NCBI RefSeq assembly: GCF_963921235.1
Contig: NC_086107.1
Coordinates: forward strand, 110,362,001-110,426,000
Length of the DNA: 64,000 nt
Direction of reading: 5' to 3'
Origin: Mobula hypostoma
Taxonomy: Eukaryota
In this document: piece by piece, positions 1-12,569 of the stretch
Position numbering within the stretch: the first letter of the stretch is position 1
Layout of the letters: every line of letters starts with the position of its first letter
Translations under genes and position numbers: made by a program
The notes under the pieces: generated by a model
What the model was told of the DNA's origin: nothing
The model's input: only the letters and a program-made list of their open reading frames with translations
Database searches by the model: none

Positions 1-539
1 GATGTTAGAACTATGCCAGTACAGTCATCATGAACAGGGTTTACACTTAAATGGCATCAACGGCAGGTACAAGAACATTCACAGACACACCAAAAGATTG
101 GAACAAATTGTCCCTTTTTTCCTTTGTGACAAGTACTGCTGAACATAATTATTATGCAATTTCAGATGCCTTCAAACTGGGTGTGCCGTCAGCAAACTTT
201 ATATGAATCCTTTACCTTTTTGGGAGATAATAGTAACAGAAGCAAGGCAATATTCATTACCCATCTCTGACTCTCTGCTCACTCAATTCATTGAGGTGAA
301 GAGCAAATAAATACCTTTATCACAATCATCTGCAGAGAAAACTGGAGAAAAAGGGGCCAAAGTTCAGAAAATGACTGCACTTTGAGAAAATGTTACTTCA
401 GCTCAATGGCCTTCAAGTTCCTTCTATTCAAAAACTGTGGGCCAAACGCACAAATTTCCAGATGTAATTAATTCAATTTCACAATATTCCTTCACGGTTG
501 GTAGATCAACACAAATTAATGTTTTAAAATGTGTAATAT

Positions 540-975
540 ACATACAGAAAGGGCCACTAACATCATGAAGGATCCCATCCACCCTGTTCAATGATTGTTG
601 TCCCACTCCCATCAGGGAGGCCACGTAGCTCCATGCCAGGGCCACCAGATCAAAAAGTTACTTTCCCCAAGCAGTATGTCTGATCAACACCTCCACCCAC
701 TAACCCACCCCATCACACCCACAACTACCACTACTTTTTCATATCCTGTCAGTCACCTTATGTACAGACACTCCTGTGCCTAACGTCACTTTATGGATAT
801 TGAGTGTATGTAAGCTATTACATGTATATGTATTTATATATTTATTGTGCTTTTTTTTATTATTGCATTCTTCATCTTCTGTGGTTTTTTTTGGTGCCAC
901 AATGGATCTGGAGTAACAATTACTTTGTTCTCCAGATACTTGTCTACTGGAAACGACATTAAACAATCTTGAAAC
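540..975 (+). mobile_element. Degraded Rex1/Babar-type LINE 3' fragment
   Basis: Resembles the 'ASIIKDP.HP..LF..LPSGRRYRS' 3' end seen in other copies in the window, followed by an AT-rich 3' UTR; boundaries approximate. Confidence 0.5.
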
Positions 976-2059
976 ACTATGTTACTTTATGAGTAGTCAG
1001 GTGATAATCAACGTGAAAAATTGCTGTAAACACCATTTTCACCAGTATCTGTAAAAGTGGACCATTGTATTTGAGCGGTGAATTCACCTTAGACGTCATT
1101 CTTCAAAAACCTTTCACAGTTACCATCTCAGATCAGTAAAAGGCATATTTTTATTTCAGATTTTTATCACGTTTACTGCAATATTTGGGGAAAAACTTGG
1201 CATAAAAATTAAAAATGGTTCAATGCTGTGATATAGCTTTAATTTCCTGAAGATTGCGGCACTGAGCAGAACCCAAACTCCTCAAAAAAATGTCAGTTGT
1301 ACATCTCGGAGAGACTTCTTTTGGATGAGTGAGGGATTTTTTAAATATTTGCCACACAAGGGATTTGGATTAATCTCGAGAGATTTGCAAGATTAAAAAC
1401 CAACAGCAGGAATAACTGATCAAATTTAACATTCAGTAAAAGAATCAGATTTTTTGTTTCTCTCGCCACATGCATATACTTTATTTCATAAAATATACAT
1501 AAGGTTGTGCAGATTGGAGTCAATTTCTCAAATGACCCGTATCAGATGTATTCCCACAAATGAGGTACTGTACAACACAGGTTTTCATGCTGTTCAGAAT
1601 TTTTTTACTGGAACTAGTGAGTGAAAGATAATCAAAAATTAGGTAAGTATTCCCCCAGGACATGTATTTAACAGGCATGCAGTCCATTCGGGTGCATATG
1701 AACATTCAAAATTGCAAAATCAATAAATTATTAACACTGATGCATCAAGTCAAATCTAACTGCACTGTGCAAACACTCTTTGTTAAAAATCACCTGCTCA
1801 CAAGCACACATGGGCAGACGATGTAGAATTCTAAACATGGATTGCAGCTACAACAATGCAGCAGGAAAGCAAGTGCAGCAACAGCTGCATGCATTCATTT
1901 GTTGTCTTCTTCCCCCTAAGGAGAAATGTGCCCACGTTGGTGGGGAGGGAAGGGAAATAAAGCTGAACTCTGCAAACTTCGGGGGGGGGGAATCTATCTG
2001 CATGGTTCAAGAGAAAATAATTTCAGTGTGTCTTTTGGATCAATATAAATCAGTTAGAC

Positions 2060-3620
2060 CTACCTTGCCGTGAAGCATCTAGCGAGGTCGCCACACTTGC
2101 AGTTTGAAGGGGGGGGGGTGAAAAATCCCGCAACCACCACGGTCAGAGCGTGTGGTTTGGCTGGGAGCGCCACGCGCATGCGCAGTCGCACCGGCGGTCT
2201 CGTGCAGCAGCCATGCAGCTCCAGTGCAGCCGCGCGCGCCGGCGCGGGTCCACCCGGGCCGCCCCGCAGGGGCGGAAACACCACGCACCAACGAGAGCCA
2301 GGCAGGGAGCGCGAAGGATTACACAAAACACACACACGGGAAAAAAGGGGACTCGTTCCGCACAGCTTAACGCGGGCTTACCTCTGCGACGGGTTCAGGC
2401 GCCGTCTCATCAGTTCGCTCTTACCTAGCCCTCCCTTTCCCCCCAAACCGACGAACCCGCCTTTTTGCCCTCTTGCAGCCCCGTCTGTCCGCCAGAGCCG
2501 CCGCCGCCGCCCGCCCCCTCATAACAAAGATGGCGGCTGCGCGTGGCGAGTATGCAAATGAGCCTTATACTCGCTCTCCAGAAATCAATAACATGTTCCC
2601 GAGTGTCCACCCCCTCCGGCTTCCCTCAATGTATTCACTGCACACCAGTGTTCATTTTTACTTTTATTATCCGTACGACAGGAGCTCCCCCCCACCGCTA
2701 GTGCCGAAACACTTGGCCAAGCTGGACGCTGATATGCAGATAAGGCAAGCTTCGCATGCAAGTCATTAGGCATCTCACTGCCAATCAACGGCCGCCGTGT
2801 AGTGGGCTGGATCGTATGCAGATCATGGCGCGTTGATATTCAAATTCAACAGGGAGCGCTACCGCAGGACAATTGGCCGGGGGGCGTGGTATGTAAATAT
2901 ATCGGGCGCTGATTTGCATAGCAGCCCGGTCAATGAGATTTTCAGCGTCGGCCGTTATGCAGCGAAGCAGGCGCTTGGTTTTCCCGACTTTTGATAACGT
3001 TAATAATAAGGTGCATATTGCATAGGTTTTACATTACTCATTACGCATCTATGTTCAATTAATTCCCGAACTCAAAGTAATTTTAATGCCTTTTAAAATC
3101 TCTGCACGGAATACTGAGAATAAATGTAATTTAGATCCTAAAACACCGCCTGAAGACGTAATCTTGAACACTACAGTTTACTAAATCTCCTTTATTTACA
3201 TTTCCGGTCAGCACCGTTTCAGCTTCAGCCGTTTTGCAGCGAACCAGGCGCTTCGTTGTCCCGACGTTTGATAACATTAATAATAAGGTGCACATTGCAT
3301 TAATTTTACTTTGCTAGTATTAATAACGGGTTTATTTTCAATTCTAACTCAAAATCGTTTTTAATTCACACGGAGCGCCTCTGAGATAGTGTAGTTTGGG
3401 TCCCACAAGACTGCACGTTATTTTCAACACTTACCATTTGCTAAATATTTGCATCGGCAGCATCGGCGCTTGCATTTTTCTGCCACTCCCACGCACTTCC
3501 GCGGGCGGCCGCAGGCGTCGCTGTTGAGCTCCAGGGCGAGCCGCCGCAGAACTTACCGTGGAACTTGTGGGAGACACGTTGCAAAGAGCCACGCTCGCAA
3601 CAGCGCGAAGTTGCCTGTCT
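2060..3620 (-). promoter_or_regulatory. CpG-island promoter / alternative first-exon region of an unidentified gene transcribed leftward
   Basis: GC- and CpG-rich, no recognisable TE. Motifs: NRF1 GCGCATGCGC 2174-2183, YY1 AAGATGGCGGC 2527-2537, octamer ATGCAAAT 2552-2559 and ATTTGCAT 2912-2919 and 3447-3454, CCAAT 2781, ATTGG 2872, GC box GGGGCGTGG 2881. Five minus-strand splice donors. Confidence 0.8.
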
Positions 3621-4029
3621 TTGCACTTACTTAACACACGATTTGAGCAAATTCCTGCCCTCCCCCCCCCAAAAAAAAGAAGCTTTGTATCGTCATGCAA
3701 AGAAGAATTTCATTTAGGCACGGGGAGGGGGTTGTTTTTGCTGCAATAAGTGTCAAAATGTTACCGTATACTACTTTGAGCTTAATTTTCATGCAAGCTT
3801 TTTGCAGGAAAATAAAATACAGAAATAAACAAAGACTGTTAAGCAACCAATGTGCAAAACAAAGTAAGTTGTAGAAGTAAAATAATAAGTAAACTTTTTA
3901 AAAAATAAAATTGAGTTATTCAGTCATTGAAAGTGAGTCTAGATTGTGGAGTCAATTCAGAGTTGTGATGAGTGAAGATTTTTAGGAAAATGAGAATAAA
4001 TTATTGATTCTAAGTCTGGCATGGAAATA

Positions 4030-4338
4030 AAAAGGCATCCGTTAGTCTTGCAAGACCATGGATCTGTGCCTGGAAAGTCTTCACTCTCCAGGGCACAGGC
4101 CTGGGCAAGGTTGTATGTAAGACCAGCAGTTGCCCATGCTGCAAGTCTCCCCTCTCCACAACGCCAATGTTGTCCAAGGGAAGGGCATTAGGACCTAGCT
4201 TGGCACCAGAGTCGTCACAGAGCAATGTGTGATTAAGTGCCTTGCTCAAGGACACAGCACGTTCCCTCGGCTGGGGCTCGAACTCACGACCTTCAGGTTG
4301 CTAGTCCAATGCCTTAACCACTTGGCCACGTGCCCATC
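4030..4338 (-). mobile_element. tRNA-derived SINE (same family as 54723-55039)
   Basis: Minus-strand A/B-box head (GGCCAAGTGGTTAAGG...GAGTTCGAGCCC); TSD GCATGGAAATA at 4019-4029 and 4339-4349; highly similar to the copy at 54.7 kb. Confidence 0.85.
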
Positions 4339-4724
4339 GCATGGAAATATAAATGCAAAATTATTATATAACGTATTTCTACTCAGATGGTGAAATTAAA
4401 GTTAATAATAATAACACGGCCAGGATTCTAAATCAATATCTAAATAAATTATTTGCATTCCTTTACTTGAAACATGCCCTGGGAGTAAAGCAAGACAACA
4501 AAAGCATTCGGAGACCTCTGGAAAGTTACAAAAAGGGAAAATAAGAAAAAGTACTCGCAAATGAAACAAACAGTAAAAGTTAAGTTTTAGCCGGCAGAGT
4601 AGTGCCAGCCAGAGACAGACTTGGAGGGCACGATGCGAGCCTATAGAGATGAGGTGTAGGGGTTTTTTGCTGGCTGCTCAGTCTGCAGAACCTACTCTCT
4701 CCTTGGCATTACAGGGGGATGCAA

Positions 4725-5270
4725 AGAATCAAAATCAGGTTTAATATCATTAGCATATGTTGTGAAATTTGCGGCAGCAGTACTGTACATTATAATAGAG
4801 AAAAATGGAATTACAATAAGTACAGAAGTATTAAACAGTTAAAACAAATAAGTAGTGCAAAAAAAGAGGAAAAATAGCCATGAGGTAGTGTTCACGGGTT
4901 CAATGTCCAGTTAGGAATCAGATGGCAGAGGGGAAGAAGCTGTTCCTCAGTTTTTGAGTGTGTGTGTGTGCATGCCTTCAGGTTTCTGTACCTCCTTCCA
5001 GATGGTAACAGGGAGAAAAGGGCATGTCCTGGGTGATGGGGGTCCTTAATGATAGACACCGCCTTGAGGCATCGCTCCTTGAAGATGTCTTGGATACCAC
5101 AGAGGCTGGTACCCATGATGGAGCTGAGTAATTTTACAACTTTGGTAGCTTCCTTCGAACCTGTGCAGTAGCCCCCCAACACCCACCACCCCACCATACC
5201 AGACGGTGATGCAGCCTGTCAGAATGCTCTCCACAGTACATCTGTAGAGATTTGCAAGTGTCTTTGGCTT
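4725..5270 (-). mobile_element. Rex1/Babar-type LINE 3' fragment
   Basis: Translates PKTLANLYRCTVESILTGCITVWYG and SIIKDPHHPGHALFSLLPSGRRYR. Confidence 0.8.
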
Positions 5271-5289
5271 TAAATATAGAATTAGGATG

Positions 5290-5500
5290 GTAGCAATGAG
5301 AAGAGCTGACAGGACCACCACAAAGGCTGCTGAGCGAGTCTCCAGATGGCTCTAGATCAGGAGGTGTGACCCGTGGACCAATGCTGCTGGGACACAAGCC
5401 AGGGCCTGATCTACCCTGGCAGGGCCACCTGGGCGAGGGTGTCTGATGTTGAAGCACCTGAGGATCCCAAGTTACATCACTGTTGATGTGTCCCAGCACA
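5290..5500 (+). mobile_element. 3' end of a Hero-like (RLE) non-LTR retrotransposon, degraded
   Basis: Translates RRADRTTTKAAERVSRWL*IRR, resembling the Hero C-terminal AAE(R/K)ASRWLWI(K/R)R motif; followed by a GC-rich 3' UTR. Confidence 0.5.
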
Positions 5501-6154
5501 TCTTCGGATGGACTTAAGCATTGCCAGTAAAACAGAGAATGGCGTCAAGGGAAATGCGAGATCCTTAAGAGAGGGAGAAGTATAATAACAGGAAGTAACT
5601 TGTGTCAGGAGGTCTAGTGGATTCACCTCAAATCTTATTCAATGTAATTGGGAATTTCAATTAACATGTCAAAGAAAGTCCTTTGATTCTGTCAATTGTA
5701 TCCAATCGTTTGCAAATGCTTTTCATTCAAAGATGAATGAACTCAACAAAGTGTGGCATTATATTGAACATTGTTTTTTTCTGTTGCTATCTCAATTACA
5801 ATCTGCACCCTTTTATATTCTTACAAGTCCTTGTTTCAGCAACAAACACAGTGGACACGGTTCCCTCCCCCCACCCCGGAATTTATGTCACTGAACAAAC
5901 GTAGACCCATTTATTTATTTATTTATTGAGAATAGGTTCTTTGAGCCATGCTGCCCAACTTCCCCTGGTTTAATTGTAGCCTAAATCACAGGACAATTTA
6001 CAATGAGCAATTAAACTACCAACTGGTAGCTCAAAGTCTAAGTACATGTATTATCAAAGTAAGTATGCAGTATACAACCCTGCGATTTGACTTCCTCACA
6101 GACAGCCACAAAACAAAGAAAGCCATCAGAATCAAGTTTAATATCATCAGCATA

Positions 6155-6414
6155 TGACCCGGCTGGTGGTGTAGTGGCATCAGCCTCGGACTTCGGGACG
6201 AAAGGTCCCGGGTTCGAATCCAGCCAGCTCCCCTGCACGCTTTCCATCCGTGCTGGGTTACGAGCTGGTGATCCCTTTGGAAACTCACCTGGCGGAAGGC
6301 AACAGCAAACCACTGCCGTAACTTGCCTCGTACGCGGTTCTCCACTACGTCAGAGAGGCGTGGAGGGAAATCGTCCGCTAACTGGAGAAACTCCGGATGC
6401 GACATACCTTTCCT
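6155..6414 (+). mobile_element. tRNA-derived SINE
   Basis: Head GGTGGTGTAGTGG...GGACTTCGGG...GGTTCGAATCC (box B); TSD TATCATCAGCATA at 6142-6154 and 6415-6427; CCTTT tail. Confidence 0.85.
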
Positions 6415-6427
6415 TATCATCAGCATA

Positions 6428-6975
6428 AGTCACGAAATCTTGTTATCTTTGCGGCATCAGTACAAAGCAATACATAACAATAGGAAAAAAACTATGATTT
6501 ACAGTTAATCTATATATTTAACCATAAAATAGTTAAGTAATTGTGCAAAAATAGGAATAAAAAAGTAGTGAGGCTGTGTTCATGGGTTCAATGTCCATTC
6601 AGAAATCTGATGGTAAAAGGGAAGAAGCTGTTCCTGAATCACTGAGTGTGTGTCTTCAGGCTCCTGTATGTCCTCCCTGATGGTAGGAATGAGAAGAGGG
6701 CATGTCCTGGGTGATGGGGGTCCTTAATGGTGGACGCTGCCTTTTTTGAGGCATCGCTCCTCGAAGATGTCCTGGACACTATAGAGGCTAGTGCCCATGA
6801 TGGAGCTGACTAATTTTACAACTCTCTGCAGCGTACTACAATCCTGTGCAGTAGCCCCCACCCCCATACCAGACAGTTAGAATGCTCTCCACGGTACATT
6901 TGTAGAAATTTGGGCGGGTTTTGGTGACGTATCGAATCTCCTCAAACTCCTAATGAGATATAGCCGCTGTCATTC
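6428..6975 (-). mobile_element. Rex1/Babar-type LINE 3' fragment
   Basis: Homologous to 4725-5270 and 40090-40700. Confidence 0.75.
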
Positions 6976-7779
6976 CTTTGCAATGTCACCAAGAAACCAT
7001 AGTACCCGTTTGAAGAACCATAAACCAGAAAACACATCATAATGTGAATTGGAGTCCAATCCACAAACTGCATTGATTAAACTTTGCTCTGGCACCATCC
7101 TCTGACAGCATCGAAGAAAGAGAGATCAGTTGGGAACAGCAATCGAGAGGGAGAGAGACACCATTGCGCACAGATACCTTCCCCTGGCAGCAGCGAGTGG
7201 GAGGCTGGTAGACAGCGCTGAACACTCGCTGGACTTCCGCGCCTGCCTCGATGATTTCAATCTTCCTTGGCACTTCAGTCAGCAAGAAATGGAGCTGCAC
7301 GTGGGCTCGTGCCTGGTCTCTAATCTTCTTGGCCTGGAGGCAGCTCTCCGCTCAGAGACTGCAAGGCATCGGATCACTCAATCTGCCTGATTGGTCTTTG
7401 CCAGCTTCTAAAATAAACAAAGTGCCTTCGAGTTGAAACGTTTGCTCCGTTTCTCTTCCCACAAATGTGGCCCGTCCCGCAAAGTATTTCCATGCTTTCC
7501 CTTCTCGTTTTAGCATTTCAGCACATCTTTTTAGTTTTTCATTTTCCAGATTCAGTGGGCCTCTCATATTTGTCAAATTTTGAGAAAACGTCTGAAGCAA
7601 AACGCCTGCTCAGGTCAAGGCACCAAGGAGGTCAGATTTTTCTGAGGCCTGTTGTTATCGGGCTGCCTGCGACAGAGAGACAAGGGAGTTGGTATGCAGT
7701 CCAACAGCGAGAGGTTGCCTTAGTCATTCCTCTTCTGATCACAAGGCACTGTTGGAACTTAATTATTTCGCAGGACCTG

Positions 7780-8985
7780 ACTTAGGCCCAGCATAGAGTT
7801 GCAATTATGAAGAAAGTACGGCAGTGCCTCTACTTCCTTAGGAGTTTGTAAAGATTCGGCATGACATCTAAAACTTTGACAAACTTCTATGGATGAGTGC
7901 TATATTGACTGGCTGCATCACAGCCTGGTATGGAAACACCAAAGTCCTTGAATGGAAAATCCTACAAACATAGAACATAGAACATAGAATAGTACAGCGC
8001 ATTACAGGCCCTTCAGCCCACAATGTTGTGCTGACCCCCAAACCCTGCCTCCGATATAAACCCCCACCTTAAATTCCTCCATATACCTGTCTAGTAGTCT
8101 CTTAAACTTCACCAGTGTATCTGCCTCCACCACTGACTCAGGCAGTACATTCCACACACCAACCACTCTCTGAGTAAAAAACCTTCCTCTAATGTGTCCT
8201 CTTGTATTGAGCAGTGGTGCCCTGGGGAAGAGGCGCTGGCTATCCACTCTATCTATTCCTCGTATTATCTTGTACACCTCTGTCATGTCTCCTCTCATCC
8301 TCCTTCTCTCCAAAGAGTAAAGCCCTAGCTCCCTTAATCTCTGATCATAATGCATACTCTCTAAACCAGACAGCATCCTGGTAAATCTCCTCTGTACCCT
8401 TTCCAATGCTTCCACATCCTTCCTATAGTGAGGTGACCAGAACTGGACACAGTACTCCAAGTGTGGCCTCACCAAAAAGTAGTGGATTTGGTCCGGTCCA
8501 TCACGGGTAAAGCCCTCCCCACCATTGAGCACAGCTATATGGAGCGTTGTTGCAGGAAAGCAGAATCCATCATCAAGAAACCCCACAGGACATGCTCTCT
8601 TCTTGCTGTTGTCATCAGGAAGAAGGTACAGGAGCTTCAGGACTCAGACCACCAGGTTCAGGAATGGTTATTACTCCTCAACCATCAGGCTTTTGAACCA
8701 AAGGGAATAACTTCACTCGCCCCATCACTGAATTGTTCCCACTGATCTGGACTCACTTTCAAGGACCTTTTGTCTCACTTTCTCGATGTTTATTACTTAT
8801 TTATTCTTATTATTTCTTCCTTTTTGGATTTGCTTAGTTTGTTGTCTTTTGCACGCTGGTTGAATGCCCTAGTTGGTGCGGTCTTTCATTGATTCTATTA
8901 TGGTTATTATTCTATGGATTCATTGAGTAGGCCCGCAAGACAATAAATCTTCATATGGTGACATATATGTACTTTGATAATGAAA
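7780..8985 (+). mobile_element. Rex1/Babar-type LINE fragment split by a CR1 insertion
   Basis: Rex-like coding remnant (FGMTSKTLTNFY...ILTGCITAWYG) stops at about 7968 and resumes at about 8473 (KKVVD...SITGKALPTIEH). Confidence 0.7.
7969..8472 (-). mobile_element. CR1 LINE 3' fragment
   Basis: VRPHLEYCVQFWSPHYRKDVEALERVQRRFTRML; (TTCTATG)n-type tail. Confidence 0.9.
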
Positions 8986-9309
8986 TTACTTCGATCCCTG
9001 AGCTTCCGACATTGGTTTCCGTAGCATGCTGCAAGTCCGGTTCACTGATATATTGGCGGAACTGATGGTGGGGGAGCTGCGTGGCCTCAATTGTAGCGAG
9101 GTCTGAGCTTCGTTCCGCAGTACCGCATGTTCGCAGCCACCCAGGAGAGAGGCATCGGAGTCAGTGCCCGGCACCCACGCTGGCACTGGCGCTGCCCTCC
9201 AGTGTTCGCTGTGCGGACGAGAAGCTGGATTGCGTTCCGCCACAGACTGCTGCGGGCTTGCTCTTGCTGACGCATTCAAAGTGTCAGGGATTTGGGCTAT
9301 ATGATATTT

Positions 9310-9619
9310 ATTTCGTTGAGCTCTGTAACATCCTACCGATGCTCTCCACTAAAATCGAGGGGAGAAGACTGCAACTAGCGGGGCACTGTCTACGCCACCC
9401 CGAGCTACCTGCCAGCCTAGTCATCATATGGGAGCCCAAGCACGGGAGGATGAACCCTGGGTGCCCTCCCAAGACTATGGTCAACATGCTCCTAGAAGAC
9501 AGCGGCGCGGCTAATGTAGATGAACTGAACACACTGATGAGGGAGAGGGAGAAGTGGAGAGTCCGTCATCGTGCCCGACGCCGGCCCCCTAGGCCTGAGT
9601 CGATGCAGTAGTAGTAGTA
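9310..9619 (+). mobile_element. RTE-clade LINE 3' fragment
   Basis: RRLQLAGHCLRHPELPASLVIIWEPKHGRMNPGCPPKT...REREKWR is typical of RTE C-termini; (GTA)n tail at about 9608-9619. Confidence 0.7.
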
Positions 9620-11519
9620 TATATATTTCTGTGATTGCATGTTTATTGCTATCTTTTATGTGATTATATGCGCTGTATATCAGTTTTACACTTTGGCTCC
9701 GGAGTAACACTGTTTTGTTTGGCTGTATTCATGGGTATTCATGTATGGTTCAACGACAAGTAACTTGAACTTGACAGGAAGACAAGTTAAGGGGAAATTC
9801 CCTGTGACAAGAATGGCATGGCCGCTGGGAATAAAAGTCAATACTCAACTTTCCATCAATTTAATTGATGCCCAAGATTTCCTGTGGTGGCCTCCCTAAA
9901 AAATCCCTAACTCACCTCCCTTGTCAATTTCCCCCACCCACTGATAGCTTGATTTCCGCCACCTCTGTCCAGGCGCTACCCATAGGGCCATGCTCTCTTC
10001 TCAGTGCTGCCATCGGGAAGGAAGTTCACCAGGTCCCATACCATCAGCTTCAAGAACAGTAATTACCTTTCAACCATCTGACTTCTAAACCAGCGTGGAC
10101 AACTTCACTCATCTCAACTCTGTACTGATCCTGCAACCTATCAACTCACTTCCATGTAATCTGCAACTCATGTTCCCAGTACCATTTATTTACCTATTTA
10201 TTTATTATTATTAAAAGGTTCGAAGTGCATTTGTTATCGAAGTATGTATAAAGAGTATAACTCTGAGATTCGTCTGTCTGCAGGACGTCGCCATTGGTCA
10301 CGTTGTTTGCTGGTGCTATCTCAATATTTTTGCTATTATTTTTGTATTTACACAGTCTTCTTTTGCACATGGTTGTTGGTGTGTAGCTTTTCACTGATTC
10401 TATTGTATTTCTTTGTTCCGCTGCAAATGCCTGCAAGAAAATGAATCTCAAGGTAGTACATGGTGATGTATGCACACTTTGATAATAAGTTTACTTTAAA
10501 CTTTGAACTTTCTGGAGGCCCCTGCTCCCTGAACATCTTTGCAGTCCTGATTCAAAGTTCTACTGATAGCTCTTCTTACAATTTTGAGAAAAGGCTGCTT
10601 CACTGAGAGCCGATAAACGGTCTCGGCCGAAAACGTTGACTGTTTATTCATCTCCGTAGGTACTGCCCGACTAGCTGAGCTCCCCCACTGTTTTTGCATC
10701 TGTTCCTTTTCGTCCACCTCAAGCCAAATCTGGAACTTAAAAACTAGTCTTGCCAAAGAAAAGTCTAAATCAGCCAGATAGTTATTAAAACTCTAACTGG
10801 TTCACTGGTGTCTTGAGGGAAGAAAACCTGCCATCTTCATCAAGCCGTGGGCTTGCCTGCTGTTGCAGTCCAAGAGAGGAGACTCCGGAGGCAGTGTAGC
10901 GTGGCGTCCGTGCTGGGTTGAGGGCTGGCCTCTCTCGTCAGTGCTGCCCCCAGTGCTCAATCCGTGGAATGACAGGCTGGATTGCGGTGGCTGTGCACCG
11001 CCGAGAACTGAACCACCAGTCTGCAGGACATGTCACCTCATATATATATATATTTTTTAATTTATTTATTATTTTTTGTGTGACTATGTTTTTGTTTTTG
11101 CTTGCTATTTTGATTCATCTGCCATGCATGCTTTGCAAGTTGGTCCTATAGGAACGCTGTCTCATTCGGCTGTATTCATTTATGGTTGAATGATTTGAAA
11201 GTGGATGAGTCCAAAATGGCAAGTAATCTGCTCAGTCAAAGCAGAACAGGGAGTAAGCAAGAAAATGCCCCAACCACTGAGGTTCGTGTCATATGAATAA
11301 GCACATTAAAAAAATATACTGTCAATACATTCCAGTGGGTAAAAACAGGAAATGCTGGAAATATTTTCAGCAACTTCACCAGGATCATAAATGCAAGAGA
11401 TTCTGCAGATACTGAAAATCCAGAGCAACACACACAAAATGCTGGAGGAATTTATCAGGCCGAGACTCTTCATCAGTCCTGATGTGAAGAAGGATCTCAG
11501 CCGAAAATGTCAACAGTTT

Positions 11520-12472
11520 AGAAATATAGAAACATAGAAAACCTACAGCACAATACAGGCCCTTTAGCCTGCAAAGGTGTGCCGAACATGTCCCTACCTT
11601 AGAAATTACTAGACTTCCCCATGGCCCTCTATTTTTCTAAGCTCTGTGTACCTATTCAAAAGTCTCTTAAAAGACCCTATCATATCTGCCTCCACCACTG
11701 TTGCTGGCAGTCCATTCCACGCACTCCCCACTTTCTGAGTAAAAAAACTTACCCCTGACATCACCTCCGTACCTACTCCCCAGCACTTTAAACCCGTGTC
11801 CTCTTGTGACAGCCATTTCAGCCCTGGGAAAAAACCTCTGACTATCCACACGATCAATGCCTCTCATCACCTTATACACCTCTATCAGGTCACCTCCCAT
11901 CCTCCGTTGCTCCAAGGACAAAAGGCCAAGTTCACTCAACCTGTTTCAATAAGGCATGCTCCCCAATCCAGGCAACATCCTTATAAATCTCCTCTGCACC
12001 CTTTCTATAGTTTCTGCATCCTTCCTGTAGTGAGGTGACCAGAACTGAGCACAGTACTCCAAGTGGGGTCTGACCAGGGTCCTATATAGCTGCAACATTG
12101 CCTCTTGGCTCCTAAATTCAATTCCACGATTAATGAAGGCCAATACACTGTATGCCTTCTTAACCACAGCGTCAACCTGCGCAGCTGCTTTGAGCGTCCT
12201 ATGGACTCGGACCCCAAGATCCCTCTGATTCTCCACACTGCCATGAGTCTTACCATTCATACTATATTCTGCCATCATATTTGACCTACCAAAATGAACC
12301 ACCTCACACTTATCTGGGTTGGACTCCATCTGCCACTTCTCAGCCCAGTTTTGCATCCTATCAATGTCCCGCTGTAACCTCGGACAGCCCTCCACACTAT
12401 CCACAACACCTCCAACCTTTGTGTCATCAGCAAAGTTACTAACCTATCCCTCCACTTCCTCATCCAGGTCAT
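11520..12472 (-). mobile_element. CR1 LINE 3' fragment (RT C-terminal half, disrupted)
   Basis: FADDTKVGG..., LQRDIDRMQNWAEKWQM, LVRPHLEYCAQFWSP; AAACATAG tail on the plus strand. Confidence 0.9.
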
Positions 12473-12531
12473 TTCTAAAAAAACGTTTATTCCTTTTCAT
12501 AGATGCTGCCTGACCTGCCGAGTTCCTCCAG

Positions 12532-12569
<38 letters not shown>

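Noticed and set aside
2060..2790. Overlapping ORFs in the CpG island
   Set aside because: Low-complexity Arg/Pro/Ala products expected from GC-rich DNA; no recognisable domain.
6160..6235. tRNA gene
   Set aside because: The tRNA-like head continues into a SINE body with a tail and TSD; the same applies at 4265-4338 and 54723-54800.
7030..7400. Possible coding exon (ORFs on both strands, minus donor near 7177)
   Set aside because: No recognisable protein and no convincing acceptor. It may be unique non-coding DNA, but I cannot support a call.
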